Shown here in pieces: positions 26,096 through 38,415 of a DNA stretch of 64,000 nt. The stretch is from Macrostomum lignano (Eukaryota): contig NIVC01000109.1 of the NCBI GenBank assembly GCA_002269645.1, forward strand, positions 310,001-374,000. Direction: 5' to 3'. Made by a program: the position numbers and the translations under genes. A model generated the notes under the pieces. The model was not told the origin of the DNA. It saw nothing but the letters and a program-made list of their open reading frames with translations, and searched no databases. Position 1 is the stretch's first letter. Each line of letters begins with the position of its first letter.

Positions 26096-29000
26096 AGGCC
26101 CAACCCAGCGCACCGAGCCAACCCGCACAAGGTACAGAACTTGGTTTTGTTGATGTGATATTTGAAGGCAGAACAAGTAGTATGGCATGTTTGCTAGATT
26201 CCGGCTCGAGTATCTCACTGTTAAGTGAAGCCGCGTGGAAGAGGAACTCGAATCGAGCCGTGTTGAAGCCAAGCTACATAGGAGAGAGTATTCAAGTTGC
26301 AAATGGCGATGTCATAAATGTGCTGGGTGAGTGCGTTGGGGAATTTTCGATTGGCTCGCATAGAATTTGCCTTACCTTTGTCGTCGTCTCACACATACTG
26401 CATCACTGCATCCTTGGTGCAGATTTTTTCCGTTGCCAAGCAGCCAAATTGGATTTTGCGAACCTTCAGATCGTCACTTCAGTAGGAACTTTTCCTTTTC
26501 GTATGACTTCTGAGCGACCCATCCTCTGCCGGATAGTCATTTCGAAATCGGAAACAGTTCCTGCAAATCGGTCTCAAATCATTCGAGCTAAGCTGAGTCG
26601 GAGAGGAGTGAAGGAATTTCGGTTCTTAGGAATGGCAGAGACCCGCTCCCAGACTGAAGGCCACGTGATGCTGGCTAGGTCAGTTGTCGTACCCTCTGCT
26701 GACGGTTCCGTCCCTGTCAAGATCACCAATGTGTCGGGAGAACCTGTAGTACTAACAAAAGGGAAGCAGCTTGGCTGGTTCTCGCCCGTCCATGACAGCC
26801 AACCAAATCACGATCAAGAACCCAAAGCACAAGTTAACCGGGTTTCTCTCGACAAAGACTGGGATCCTGTAAAGCATCTGGGCAGTTGGGACTCGCCGGA
26901 CTTGTCCGAAGACCAGCAGGTGTCGTTCATAAAGTTGATCCGTCAGAACAGAGATTTCTTCGCCAAGGACGATAGCGAGCTGGGTTCAACGGACCAGGCA
27001 ATGCATACCATAGACACCGGGGACGCCAGGCCAACTAGAGAACCACCACGCCGCATCCCACCGCACATAAGGCCAGAAATCGATAAAGAAATTGACAGGC
27101 TAATAGACTGCGGTAGGATCTACGAGTGTCAATCCCCGTGGGTCAGCCCGGTCGTACCTGTGCGGAAGAAGGACGGATCCATCAGGCTGTGCCTGGATTA
27201 TCGCCGACTAAATGAAGTAACCAATCCTGACCCATTTCCGCCGCCGCGAATGGATGAAACCTTAGAAGCACTTGCAGGAAATGCTATTTTTTCAACTCTA
27301 GACTTGGCTTCAGGCTATCACCAGTGCCCGCAAGATCCTAAAGATCAACTTAAGACGGCATTCGTAGTTCCAAATAGAGGTCAGTTCGCCTGGCGATATG
27401 TGAGTTTTGGGCTAAGAAATGCCCCTGCGACTTTCGTCAAGCTGATGAACCTTGTTATGGCTGGTCTGACATGGAGAGAGTGTCTTGTATATTTTGACGA
27501 TATAATAGTTTTTTCAAAGTCCTACGAAGAGCATTTTGAGCGGCTCCAGCATGTTTTCGATCGCTTACGAACTGCTGGGATCCGCTTGAAAGCCAAGAAA
27601 TGTCATTTTCTGTCCAAGGAAGCCAAGTTCTTAGGGCACGTCGTATCGTCTGAAGGTATTGCGACAGATCCTGCGAAGACAGAAGAAATTCGAAACTGGC
27701 CCACACCCAAGAATATAAAAGAACTGCAGTCATTTTTGGGCCTCAGCTCTTACTACAGAAATTTCGTGAATGACTTCTCAATAAAGGCAGCCGCGTTGTT
27801 CAAGCTCATGCGCAAGGACTCACAGTATATTTGGGGCCCAGAGCAACAGCAGGCGTTTTCCGAACTCAAGCAATCGCTAACATCAGCGGAGATCATGGCC
27901 TATCCAGACTTTTCCGAAGGAGCTGGACCGTTTGTGCTGGACACCGACGCCAGCTCGAAGATTGGGATCGGTGCAGTCTTGTCGCAATGCCAACCCGATG
28001 GGTCAGAGCGCGTCATTGCCTATGGATCCAGGTCGCTAGCAGATTGTGAAAGGAACTACTGCACTACCAGACTTGAACTCCTAGCGATAGTACACTTCGT
28101 AAAGCTGTACAAGTACTATTTGCTGGGAAGGAAATTTAAGATACGGACAGACCATAGCGCTCTTTCGTGGCTGACAAGTCTTAAGGACGTCGAGGGGCAA
28201 TGTGCTAGATGGCTTGAGACGCTGCAGCGTTACGACTTTGAGATCTCGCACAGGAAGGGAATTTTCCATCAGAATGCGGACAGTCTGTCTCGTAAAGTTC
28301 GAAAGCATTGGGCCCAAGAGTCGTGCCCTTCCTGTAACAGTTCGCCACAAGCACCTGAACAGGTGAACGCTGTGTTAGCATCACCTCTCAGCGTCAAGTG
28401 CATCAGAGAGGCTCAGAGAATTGACCCGGCTCTAAAACGAGTAAGGCAGCTCCTGGAAGGTGAAGCGCTGCAAAATGAGCCGATCAGTAGTTTAGTCGAG
28501 AGAGAGATCTGGGCCCATAGGACTCGAATAGTCGTAGAAGATGGGCTACTGCTCCTGACAGTGCCGGAGAGCTCACAGAGAATCCTCCTACCGAGTTCCC
28601 TGTTTGAGGAAGCCGCCAAAATTCTTCATGATGGCGTCAGTGGATGCCACCTCGGAGTTAAGAAGACTCAAGGAAAGTTTAAACAACGCTTTTGGTGGCC
28701 TGGTCTGTCTCGTAGAGTTGAAGAGTTCTGCCGAACATGTCTAGTGTGCTCAAAGTGCAAACCATCGCCAAGAAGCAGGGCACCACTGCAACCCATCCCG
28801 AGCTCATTTCCGTTCCAAAGAATCATGTGCGACATCATTGGTCCTTTGCCGAAGTCCAAGCATGGGTCGAGATTTGTTTTGACAATCCAAGACGCATTCA
28901 GTAAATGGCCGTGTGCAATCCCGTTAACCAATCAGCGTGCCAAGACAGTAGCCCGTGCAATCTTCACGCACTGGATTTCATCATTCGGTTGTCCACAGGA

Positions 29001-29931
29001 GATAGTCACTGATCAGGGATCGAACTTTGAGTCAGCATTGATGAAGAACCTTTGTTCTCTGCTAGACATCCGCAAGTGTCGAACCACTCCGTATCATCCG
29101 ATGGCGGATGGGCAAGCAGAAAGCTTTAATAGGACTCTAAAGCACATGTTAACGTGTCAGTTAGAGCAGGAGGACAAGGATTGGGAAGACTGCATTGCGC
29201 CCGGTTTGCTAGCCTATCGTTCTAGCGTGCATAGAGGCACAGGCTACACTCCGCACTACATTCTGTTTGGTAGGGAGATGCAGCTCCCGATCGACATTGA
29301 GAATCCGACTGAGAGGGTGCCAGAGAGTTTCTCCAAGTTCACTCGTCGACTGGCTGAAGACCTTCAGCAAGCACACGAGGCCGTGAGGGAGAATCTCAGA
29401 ACCTATCAGAGGAAGCAAAAGAAGCTTTATGACAGCCAAGCTCGTGGCACTCAGATCAATGAAGGTGATCTTGTTCTAGAATACGATCCCTTCATTAAAC
29501 CGAATGAAATCCCGAAGTTCCACCGCTATTGAAAAGGCCCGGCCAAAGTCCTGGAAAAATTTTCCGATGTCAATTACAGAATCCTGCACGATGGTGCGCG
29601 AAGGCCTAGAGTAGTCCATTTCAACAACCTAAGGAAAATCGATGCCAGCTCTAGGTTCCACGTCCCTGCCCAGAGGAGGACTCAAGCAGCGGCGGGAATC
29701 AGGTCACGTGAGCGATATTCCCGCCCGGAAGCTCCTGATCCCCCGATGCCGGTATTTGACTCTGAGCAGAACAGTGACGCTGAATTGGAACCAGAGCCCA
29801 TTTGGGCACAGCGCGTCACACACCATCAGCCTCTTGTAGCCGCTCCTCCCGAGCAAGAATTGAATCGTCGTTCTGTTCGTGCGAATCGAGGAGTTGCACC
29901 ACGTCGATTCGGAGACCCAATCCTCTATTAA
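26011..29931 (+). CDS. pol: Gypsy Pol (protease, RT, RNase H, integrase) with premature TGA at 29530-29532
   Basis: LLDSGSSIS, LDLASGYHQ, YFDDII, DTDASSKIGIGAVL, HHCC zinc finger and D..D..E core. The same frame continues past RY*KGPAKV...VNYRI...VHFNNLRK to RRSVRANRGVAPRRFGDPILY* at 29931. Confidence 0.95.
26035..26041 (+). promoter_or_regulatory. -1 programmed ribosomal frameshift slippery site G GGA AAC
   Basis: X XXY YYZ heptamer in the gag frame. The pol frame (-1) is open from 26011. Downstream CCTGG...CCAGG stem-loop potential. Confidence 0.75.
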
Positions 29932-30041
29932 TCTGTACCAATCTGTCTATCAATCGCTCTGGAACGTTTAATTCTCACCCTTCTCATCGCGCCTCCAAGT
30001 TGCTGAGTACAGTACGGGTTCGTATTTTCATGCAGTTGTAA

Positions 30042-30586
30042 TTGTATTTTGGGCAAGGATGGGCAAGGGTAGTGGCTGTCGGCGAAGCCGAGTTGGACGT
30101 CCAGAATACTGCGATCAGTGTGGAGCAACAAATGGCAGCCCTGGAGCTACAGGTTCGGCTAGCCAAGAAACGGGATCTACCCCTCCTGGTTCGTTTGCGA
30201 GAGCGTAGACGTAGTCCAGTCGAACCCGGTGGCTCGGCCTGGCACCAGTTCTTACGGTTGCTAGTGGCGTCGGACTTTGCAAACTGTCGCATTCTAGTTG
30301 TCGAATCTTCCGACTGGCCCAAAGACACTCTCAACCTGTACCTAGCGTCGTTGCCAAGACTGAAATTTGAAGTCACGCCCGGGTCGTCAACAGCCGATGG
30401 CATGCCCGACGCGTCGCAGCGATACCTTCCGACCGGCTGCTAGTCGCTTCGTCAGCGCCATTCGCGGGAAACCCGGGCAAGCCGACTGATGTCCGGAAGG
30501 CGGCGGCCTGGCTTGCTGAGGAGCGAAGCGACGGGGCTCTACCTGGTCGACTGGCTGCGGCTGCGCGTGAACTTTATAATATTTAA
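30042..30586 (+). CDS. ORF3 of the Gypsy element: TatD-like (amidohydrolase-fold) protein with degenerate catalytic residues, one frameshift near 30400
   Basis: VVAVGEAELD..QQMAALELQVRLAKKRDLPLLVRLRE resembles TatD VVAIGEIGLD..Q..F..QL.LA...LP.IIH.R. A second frame gives VAAIPSDRLLVASSAPF..KPTDVRKAAAWLAEER..AARELYNI*, resembling IPLDRLLLETDAPY...NA..LY. No ATG at the start. Confidence 0.65.
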
Positions 30587-30670
30587 CTGTGTGTAAAATG
30601 CTAGCTGACAATAACAAATGCTCATGTCGTCATTGCACAGTCCTTCGTCTATGGTTTGAACCCTCTTTTC

Positions 30671-30684
30671 GTGGAGGGGGAGGG
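30671..30684 (+). promoter_or_regulatory. Polypurine tract
   Basis: GTGGAGGGGGAGGG abutting the 3' LTR. Confidence 0.85.
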
Positions 30685-31391
30685 TGCTGTGCCCGGGTGC
30701 ACTTGCACCGATGAGCAATCTCTGGCTCTCGGTCAAGTGCGCCCGGCACTGCACTCCCACCCCTCCTGGCCGTGTGCCTGCGCCACCCCCCCCATTCTGT
30801 TTGTGTCAACCCCCCCATTTCTGCCTGCGCTAACCCCCCCCCCCAGTTGTGTATCAGCTCTTATGCTCTACCCCCTTTTCTTTATGCGTACCCAGCCGGA
30901 TTGGCTGGTCTGGCCCCTCTCTCCCCCTTTTGTTAGCCCTTGTCAATTGGTGATTGGCCAATAAGTTGGGTTTTGATAATGCTGTCTGGCGTGAGACCCT
31001 AGGGCTTACGCCAGACAGTCCAAATAAATAGAGAATTGCTGGCGGTGGGCAGGGCGAGCGCGCTTGTGGACGCCTGACACTAGACTACTCTTCAGAACCT
31101 ACAAACTTCAACAGCAAGAATCTCAGTTCTACAAATTGACGAATTCGCTGCCTTGCCCATCGTCGAGCAGATTGGAAATCAAAGTAAGACCTGCGCCTGC
31201 ATTCATTACTCATTTGGGCCTCGTGCGAAGTGGGTACTGTACACCTCAGGGACGGACTGACTACCTTACCTCGACGCGACCCCACGCTCAGTTACGGAGT
31301 CAGTCCGGTCAGTGGGCTGACGCCATCTCCAGGCTCGATCACTGCAGAGCGTTCTTAGGGGGCTGTTTCGATCACGTGTAGTGACACAACA
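30685..31391 (+). repeat. 3' LTR
   Basis: TGCTGTGCCC...GACACAACA; by eye differs from the 5' LTR at base 3 and in C-run lengths. Confidence 0.95.
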
Positions 31392-31394
31392 TAA

Positions 31395-32300
31395 CCAAGC
31401 TTATCAAGCGCAGTAATCCTTGGTTTATCAAGCGTAGTAATCCTTGGTCTATCAAGTGCAATAATTCTTGGTTTATCAAGTGCAGTAAGTCTTGGTTTAT
31501 CAAGTGCAGAAATCTTTGGCTTATCAAGCAAAGTAATCCGTGGCATATCAAGTGCAGAAATCCTTGGTTTATCAAGCGCAGTAATCTTAAGTCTATCAAG
31601 TGCAGAAATCCTTGGTTTATCAAGTTCAATAATCCTAGGCTTATCAAGTGCAATAATCATTGGTTTATCAAACGCAGTAATCCTAGGCTTATCAACTTAA
31701 ATAATCATTGGCTTATCAAGTGCAATAATCCTTGGTTTATCAAGTGCATTAATCCTTGGTTTATCAAGTTCAATAATCCTAGGCTTATCAGTGCAATAAT
31801 CCTTGGTTTATCAAGTGCAATAATCCTTGGTTTATCAAGCGCAGTAATCCTTGGCTTATCAAGTGAAATAATTCTTGGTTTAGCAAGTGCAGTAATCCTT
31901 GGTTTATAAAGTGCAATAATCCTTGGCTTATCAAGTGCAATAATCCTTGGCTTATCAAGTGCAATAATCCTTGGTTTATCAAGTGCAATAATCCTTGGTT
32001 TATTAAGTGCAATAATGTTTGGGTTATCAAGTGCAATAATCCTTGGTTTGTCAAGTGCAATAATCCTTGGCTTATCAAGTGCAATAATCTTTGGGTTATC
32101 AAGGTCAATAATCCTTGGTTTATCAAGTCCAGAAATCTTTGGCTTAACAAGAAAATTAATCCGTGGCTTATCAAGCGCAGTAATCCTTGGTTTATCAAGT
32201 GCAATAATCCTTGGTTTATCAAGTGCAATAATCCTTGGCTTATCAAATGCAATAATCCTTGGTTTATTAAGGGCAGTAATCCTTGGTTTAGCAGGCGCCA
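31395..32300. repeat. 24-bp minisatellite ATCAAGTGCAATAATCCTTGGTTT (expanded copy)
   Basis: Tandem periodicity; source of the ALDKPRII pseudo-ORFs. Confidence 0.92.
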
Positions 32301-33044
32301 TAATCCAGGTCTTTTTAGTTAGTCCTGTAAAATATGTTTTGAATAAAAAAATGTATACTACTTTCATTTTTTAATACACTACTAAGATTCGAACCCAGGT
32401 CGCTGCATCAGCAGCACAGTCTGTTCACGTGTAGGCTAGCTCTCAAGATGAATTTGTAGCACTTATAATTCAACACTCACACCAAGTCAATTGAGTAAAA
32501 GTCACACGAAGCAGTTATAACATAATCAATTTCTTAGGCAAACCAGTATCAGTGTCTATTGAAGTTAGCAATGTGGTTACGTAATATAAATTAAGTAATA
32601 TATATTGTGCTATGCTTCCACACTGCGTTTTCAATACTGTGACGTAATTCAATTCAGTGTCAAAATTCAGCCAGTACACAGACGATAAATAAAAAGCCTA
32701 TTGTGATGATGCAATCTATTTCAGAATCAGAATTCAACCAGTCAGTTTTTTCTCTTGCATTCTTACAATGCATTTCAATGCTTGACCTTTGCAAAAAGCA
32801 TGTTTTTCGAATATTTAATCCCTTTAGCATTGAGCAATTTCTTAGCCACGATGCATGTACCGTCACGGAAAAATTTCTGATCGAACAGTGCAAGTTTGAA
32901 GAAAATTGGTTGAGCCATTTTTGCTAAAGTCGATCACACACACACACACACACACAGACAGACAAATCGGTTGAGCCATTCGGGAGATAATCGATTGCGT
33001 ACAAACAAACAAACAAGCAAACAACTGATTTTTAGTATATTGGA

Positions 33045-35728
33045 CTAGCAATCTTCGCCCCCCGATGGGGGACATCTGGATAGAATCTTTGTTCTTTACA
33101 AGTAACAAATAGACAAGGAAAAAACAGACATTTCCTCTAAAAAGAAAACATGCCAAGACAGCAAGCATCCCCAGACAGCATGCAAGCATCTCCCAGATAG
33201 TGGACACGCGTGGTACCTCGCGGCTAGGGCTACCGGTTTTTTATTGCTAAGGATTATACCAGTGAATTTACTGGTTTTAGATTTTGGTAGATTTGCTGCC
33301 ACCAGGTTCCTGCTTTCCCTAATTCTGGTATTCAGATTTAAAGAATTGAGTCAGGACACCAATGAGATTTCAACAGTTTATAAGGTTTTAATAAAAGAAA
33401 AACGTTAACATACAAAAGATTGGTCTTTACATTAGTTCCTATCTTAAGTTTCCCCGTTTGTGCGTTGGGCAAGACTCCCAGTTAGAGGCAAGACTCCTCT
33501 TGTGCAAGGCTTAGTATTCCCCTTTATATTTTCCCTTCTTACCGATTCTTAGCTGAGTTTCTAAGACAGGTTGCCACGGGATGCTTTCCCAAGAGCCCAA
33601 CTGCTCTGTAATTCTAAAGGATCCCGAAAACTAGCGATTTACCCCCGCTCTAATTATTTCCCCGGGTTGAAACTACTGACAGTAGGCAAAAAGCATATTT
33701 CCCCGCAACTAATTCCCGTTCCTAAAATAATGCCCTACTACAATAGCAAGCTTTCCCCAGATAGCAAGCATCCCCCAAATAGCAAGCATCCCCCAGATAG
33801 CAAGCATCCACCAAATAGCAAGCATCTCCCAGATAGCAAGCATCTCCCAAATAGCAAGCATCCCCCAGATAGCAAGCCCCCCCCCCCAAATACAATAGCA
33901 AGCACCCCCAAATACAATAGCAAGCACCCCCAAATACAATAGCAAGCACCCCCAAATACAATAGCAAGCACCCCCAAATAAAATAGCAAGAAGCATCTTC
34001 CAGATAGCAAGCATCACCCAGATAGTAACCCCTCCCCCCAAGATAGCAAGTACCCCCCCCCCCCCCCAACCGAGAGCAAGCCTCTCGCCTCCCTAATATC
34101 AAGCATCCCCAGACAGCATGCAAGCATCCCCCAGATAGCAGATAGCAAGAATCCCCCCCTCTTTCTATGTCTCTTTTATGTCTCTTTTATGTCTCTTTTA
34201 TGTTTGAGATGGTGGCTATTTTATGTTTGACATTTTGGCTCTTTTATGTTTGACATGGTGGATCTTTTATGTTGGCAGGGAGCCACGTATATGTTTGACA
34301 TGGAGTCATGTATGTCTGACATGGTAGCTCTTTAATGTTTGACATGGTGGCTCTTTAATGTTTGACATGGTGGCTCTTTAATGTTCGACATGGTGTCACT
34401 TCAATGTTTGACATGGAGTCATGCATATGTTTGACATGGTGGCTCTTTAATGTTTGACATGGTGACTCTTTAATGTTCGACATGGAGTCATGTATATGTT
34501 TGACATGGTAGCTCTTCAATATTTTACATGAAGTTATGTATATGTTTGACATGGTGGCTTTTAAATGTTTGACATGTTGGCTCTTTAATGATCGACATGG
34601 TGGCTCTTTATTGTTTGACATGGTGGCTCTTTTATGTTTGACATGGTGGCTATTTTATGCTTGGCATAGTGGCTTTTAAATGTTCGACATGGAGTCACGT
34701 ATATTTTTGACATGGTGGCTCTTTAATTTTTGACATGGAGTCACGTATTTGTTTGAAATGGTGGCTCTTCTATTTTTAACATGGTGGCTCTTTAATGTTC
34801 GATATGGTGGCTCTTTAATGTTTGACATGGAGTCACATGTATGTTATACTCGTATATGGTGGCTCTTTAATGTTCAAATTAAACAAATATTAAACAAATT
34901 AAATAAATAGCCAACAAATACGGTGGGTTTTTCATGTTAGACATGGTGGCTCTTTAATGTTAGACATGGTGGCTCTTTAATGTTAGACATGGTGGCTCTT
35001 TAATGTTCGACATGGTGGCTCCTTAATGTTCGACATGGTGGCTCCTTAATGTTTGACATAGTGCCACTTTTATGTTTGACATTTCGCTTTTTTAGTTTAT
35101 CATTTTGTCTTTTTAAGGTGTTTTAATAAAAGTTAAATTTAATTTAATGTTGCACTACTAAGATTCGAACCCAGGTCGCTACATTAGCAGTCAAGTCTGT
35201 TCACATCTAGGCTATCTATTTTCAATTGAAGAACATGAACGGTGGCCCTTTTAATACAATACTTCAGCAAGTCGGTTAGAGTAAAAAGTTATGACATAAT
35301 CAATTTCTCAGTCAGCCAGTATCAGTCTCAATTTAAGTTAGCAATATGGTTACGCAATCACAATCAAGTCTTGTGCGCATTTCTTCGACACTGTTTTCAA
35401 CTTGTTGTGATGTAATTTTTATCAGAATCAAAATTCAGTCAGACAGTGTTTTTTCTAACATTCTTACAATGAATTTCAGGTCATAAGAGTTGCTTGACCT
35501 TTGCAAAAAAACATGTTTTTCGAATATTTAATCCCTTTAATATTGAGCAATTTCTTAGCCAAGATGCATGTACCGTCCCAGGAAAATTTCTAATCGAATG
35601 GTGCAAGTTTGAAGAAAATCGGCTGAGCCGTTTTTTCTGAAATCTATCTCATAGGAAGATCTTAGAGATTTAGTATATTGTGATGATGATGACAGACAGA
35701 CAGATCTTAGAGATTTAGTATATTGTGA
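33045..35728 (-). mobile_element. Related non-autonomous Helitron with 23-bp minisatellite ATGTTTGACATGGTGGCTCTTTA (~34200-35075)
   Basis: 3' end: CCCCC/GGGGG hairpin (~33058-33071) + CTAG (33045-33048). 5' end: TCACAATATACTAAATCTC at 35728, with the terminal 26 bp duplicated at 35658-35683. Shares the 35150-35640 body with 23085-23700. Confidence 0.7.
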
Positions 35729-36480
35729 CTAGCCTTTTAGCCCCCCGCTGGGGGGCCTTAAAATTGACACCAAGTGGCTTTTATTTTGACCCAAGAATAA
35801 CCATTAATTTCAATTTCCATTAATCAAAAGTTACTTTTTCGCTTAATGGCAAAAATAAGTTGCCATGAATCAAAACTTTCACCAGCCTAAAATGTTTCCT
35901 TCATCAGCCTAAAACCATTTTTCAATCAGCAAATAGTGCTTATCCTTTTAAGCACAAACTCTTAGTGCATTTCTTCATTGGCTTGGGCATATTCTGGTCC
36001 GCAGCAGAAGCTCAATATGCCAATCCCTGACTTCCTTTATTTCCTATTAGCAGAAATAAGCATTATTTTTGTGTACTATTCCATTATCAAATTAAATTAT
36101 CTACTTGAGCCGAACTACTTGACGATCTGACAATCGCTCAGCAACCTAACCCCCTCCCCCCAAAAATTCAGCCACCCCCAATGAGCCTTGATATCTCAAC
36201 AATTCAGCCATCCCCCACGAGCCTTGACATCTGAGAAATTCCCTCAGTAAGCATCGACATCAGCAATTAAACTCAAGCCTTGACATCTACGCAATTCTCC
36301 CAGGCCAGTAAGCCTTGACATCTCTGAAATTCCTCCAGTAAGCCTTGAAATCTCAGTAATTCCCCCAGTAAGCCTTGACATCTGAGCAATTCTCAGTGAG
36401 CCTTGAAATCTCAGTAATTCCCCCAGTAAGCCTTGACATCTGAGCAATTCTCCGTGAGCCTTGAAATCTCAGAAATTACT
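35729..36480 (-). mobile_element. 3' part of a further Helitron with ~30-bp minisatellite GTAAGCCTTGACATCTCTGAAATTCCCCA (36180-36480); 5' end not recognised
   Basis: GCCCCCC-AGC-GGGGGGC hairpin (35740-35756) + CTAG (35729-35732). Confidence 0.55.
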
Positions 36481-37105
36481 CAGAAATCAGTCACAAAGTC
36501 GAAGAGAGGAATTAGAACTAGAAAAATGAAGCAAGAGAAAAACGAAAAGCAAAATTCCTTCAATGAATTGGAAGAATCTGCCAGTGGACAGCCTAAAGGG
36601 AGTCTCGTCAGCAGAGTTGGATTTTGTAAGCGAACCGCCTGCTTCAGTCATCAGTGCCGTGAACTGCGGCTCGGATAGAAATCTTGAAGCTATATCTTAT
36701 TGTTTCTAACAAATTTCGAGACTGCTGATGAGGCTGCTGCTTGAACTGCGAATTATCGAACTGCATATGCATTACCGTTTAGAAAACTTGTGAACTGTCG
36801 AATCTACCCAGTTGCGACCGCCGTTAGCAACAATTGCGATTAGGCTCCGACAACAACGGAGCAAATGAAAGAAGTCGACACCACAAGTGCGACTGTAATG
36901 CATCAAGCTCAAGTGGATATTATCATATTTTTACATATTATTTATAATATATTATATGCCCTACGTTCATATTATCGTATACGTTCACGTCCATATTATA
37001 TGGAAATCGAGGTGGCTTGAAAACTTCATTATGAAGTGCCTTAAAAAGATGTAGTCTATATGACCATTATTGACTGAGAGTTCAGAACGAAACTGAGACA
37101 CTCAC

Positions 37106-38415
37106 TCTCACTGACGATCTCGTCGCTGAACACAGTGCTCAGCTGCCCCACTCTACCGTAGACATCGCTGAATGAGAGCGAGAACGCCAGTCGAATGCAA
37201 CCAAAGTTTTTGGTTGTGTATTGAGCTGATGGAGCTGTGGGACCTAAAACAGCGCCAAGTTCGTTTGTAAGCCTTCTTAAATTGGACTCCAACAGCAAAA
37301 ACAAGGCTTCCATCTTTTCAGTTTATAAAGAAAGTAGCAGTTTTTGTAAAGGATCACGATGAACAAAATGCTCACAATTTGGAAGCTGAGGAACATTTCT
37401 GCGTCTGGCTTCCATGCCGTCGTCGATGTGTTTCTTAGTCTTCCTTACGACACAGATGACAGCCAGTTTCTCAAAGCTGAAGAGTCAATCATGAATTTTC
37501 ACTACTTTAATTTGAGAATAAAACTCACTGTACAATCAAGTTCGACAATTAATAAATTAAATATTGAACTGACGTTTCATGTGTCACCATGAATTTTTAC
37601 TCACGTGATCTCCCATTCTCGGTCAACAGAATCTCTCAATGCATCAATAGACTTCTTCAGCTGGAAATATCCGTTGGTGCAGTGGTCCCCGTGCAGGTAG
37701 TACGGATGAGGAGCCTTCTCCTCGGCGCTCACGGTGCACACAGTCAGCTGCAGCTGCGAGTGCACAGCTGGGTCGATGCCGCTGACGCGAACTCTCACGA
37801 AGCTCTTGTTGCCATCGGTGGAGCTCCTGCCGAGCAGCAGGCCGCCAACTCTGCCCTTCTTCTCGATCTCCGACTCGTAGCGAAACCGGTAGAACCGAGC
37901 CGGCTGCTCCTCGATGGTCAGCGAGGGCGGCTGCGGCTCTTTCAGGCTGAGGATCTGGGGCTCGGCTTGAAGCAGAAAGTCTCTGCCAATCACCTCAGTT
38001 GCGTCTAAAGCTGCTACAGTTTCAGAATATTGGCCGTACTCCACTTCACTTGCTACGATTTCATTTAGAAGCTAAAATCGCATTGACAATTTCGGAAAGA
38101 GTTATTTCACAGAGCGAGAGGTGGCAGATAAGATGATTTGATCTAACTGATGCTTCTTCAAAAAGCTAATGAAGGCAAAAATATCGTGGGAGTAATGTTA
38201 CAAAATACGAACGCACTGAAAGTCGCTTCTAGATATTATATCTTTTTAAAGCATAAAAACAGGGTTTAGAGTCGTGTGCTCACCGCTTGCGAGCTTGTAG
38301 CCGCAATCATTGGGTTCCGGTCAGGCTCATAGGACAACAGATACTTAGCGTTGCCACCTGCCGACTCATGTTGCCCCAGAGCTGGCGAATGAATCTGCAG
38401 CTGCTGCATTGTGAC
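37106..38415 (-). CDS. NF-kB/Rel-like gene copy A, RHD only (IPT exons absent): exons 38415-38284, 38071-37605, 37476-37376, 37243-37106
   Basis: EEQPARFYRFRYESE...GLLLGRSSTDGNKSFVRVRV...PHPYYLHGDHC, FEKLAVICVVRK, IRLAFSLSF..STVFSDEI. Splice phases are consistent. Homology to copy B stops abruptly at ~37060. Confidence 0.8.

Larger units (their letters stand above)
24251..31391 (+). mobile_element. Full-length Ty3/Gypsy LTR retrotransposon, recent insertion
   Basis: Near-identical ~708-bp LTRs (TG...CA), 4-bp TSD TAAC (24247-24250 / 31392-31395), PBS, PPT, gag and PR-RT-RH-IN order. Confidence 0.97.
21763..33044 (-). mobile_element. Minisatellite-bearing non-autonomous Helitron, two tandem copies (junction ~23730), second copy interrupted by the Gypsy element
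   Basis: 3' end: GC-rich imperfect hairpin (21778-21796) + CTAG (21763-21766). 5' end: TCCAATATACTAAAAATC at 33044. 21860-23720 is repeated at 23730-24250 + 31392-32960. Confidence 0.7.

Noticed and set aside
33200-33745. Insertion within the third Helitron, possibly a solo LTR
   Set aside because: No convincing TG...CA ends or TSD identified.
21979-34621. MLAI/ALDKPRII/GDACY repeat ORFs, and likewise the PDSPI/GFRIWDS ORFs at 49.9-52.5 kb
   Set aside because: Minisatellite translations, open in several frames at once.
21979-36480. Short direct repeats resembling CRISPR arrays
   Set aside because: No unique spacers, degenerate units, no cas genes, eukaryotic context.
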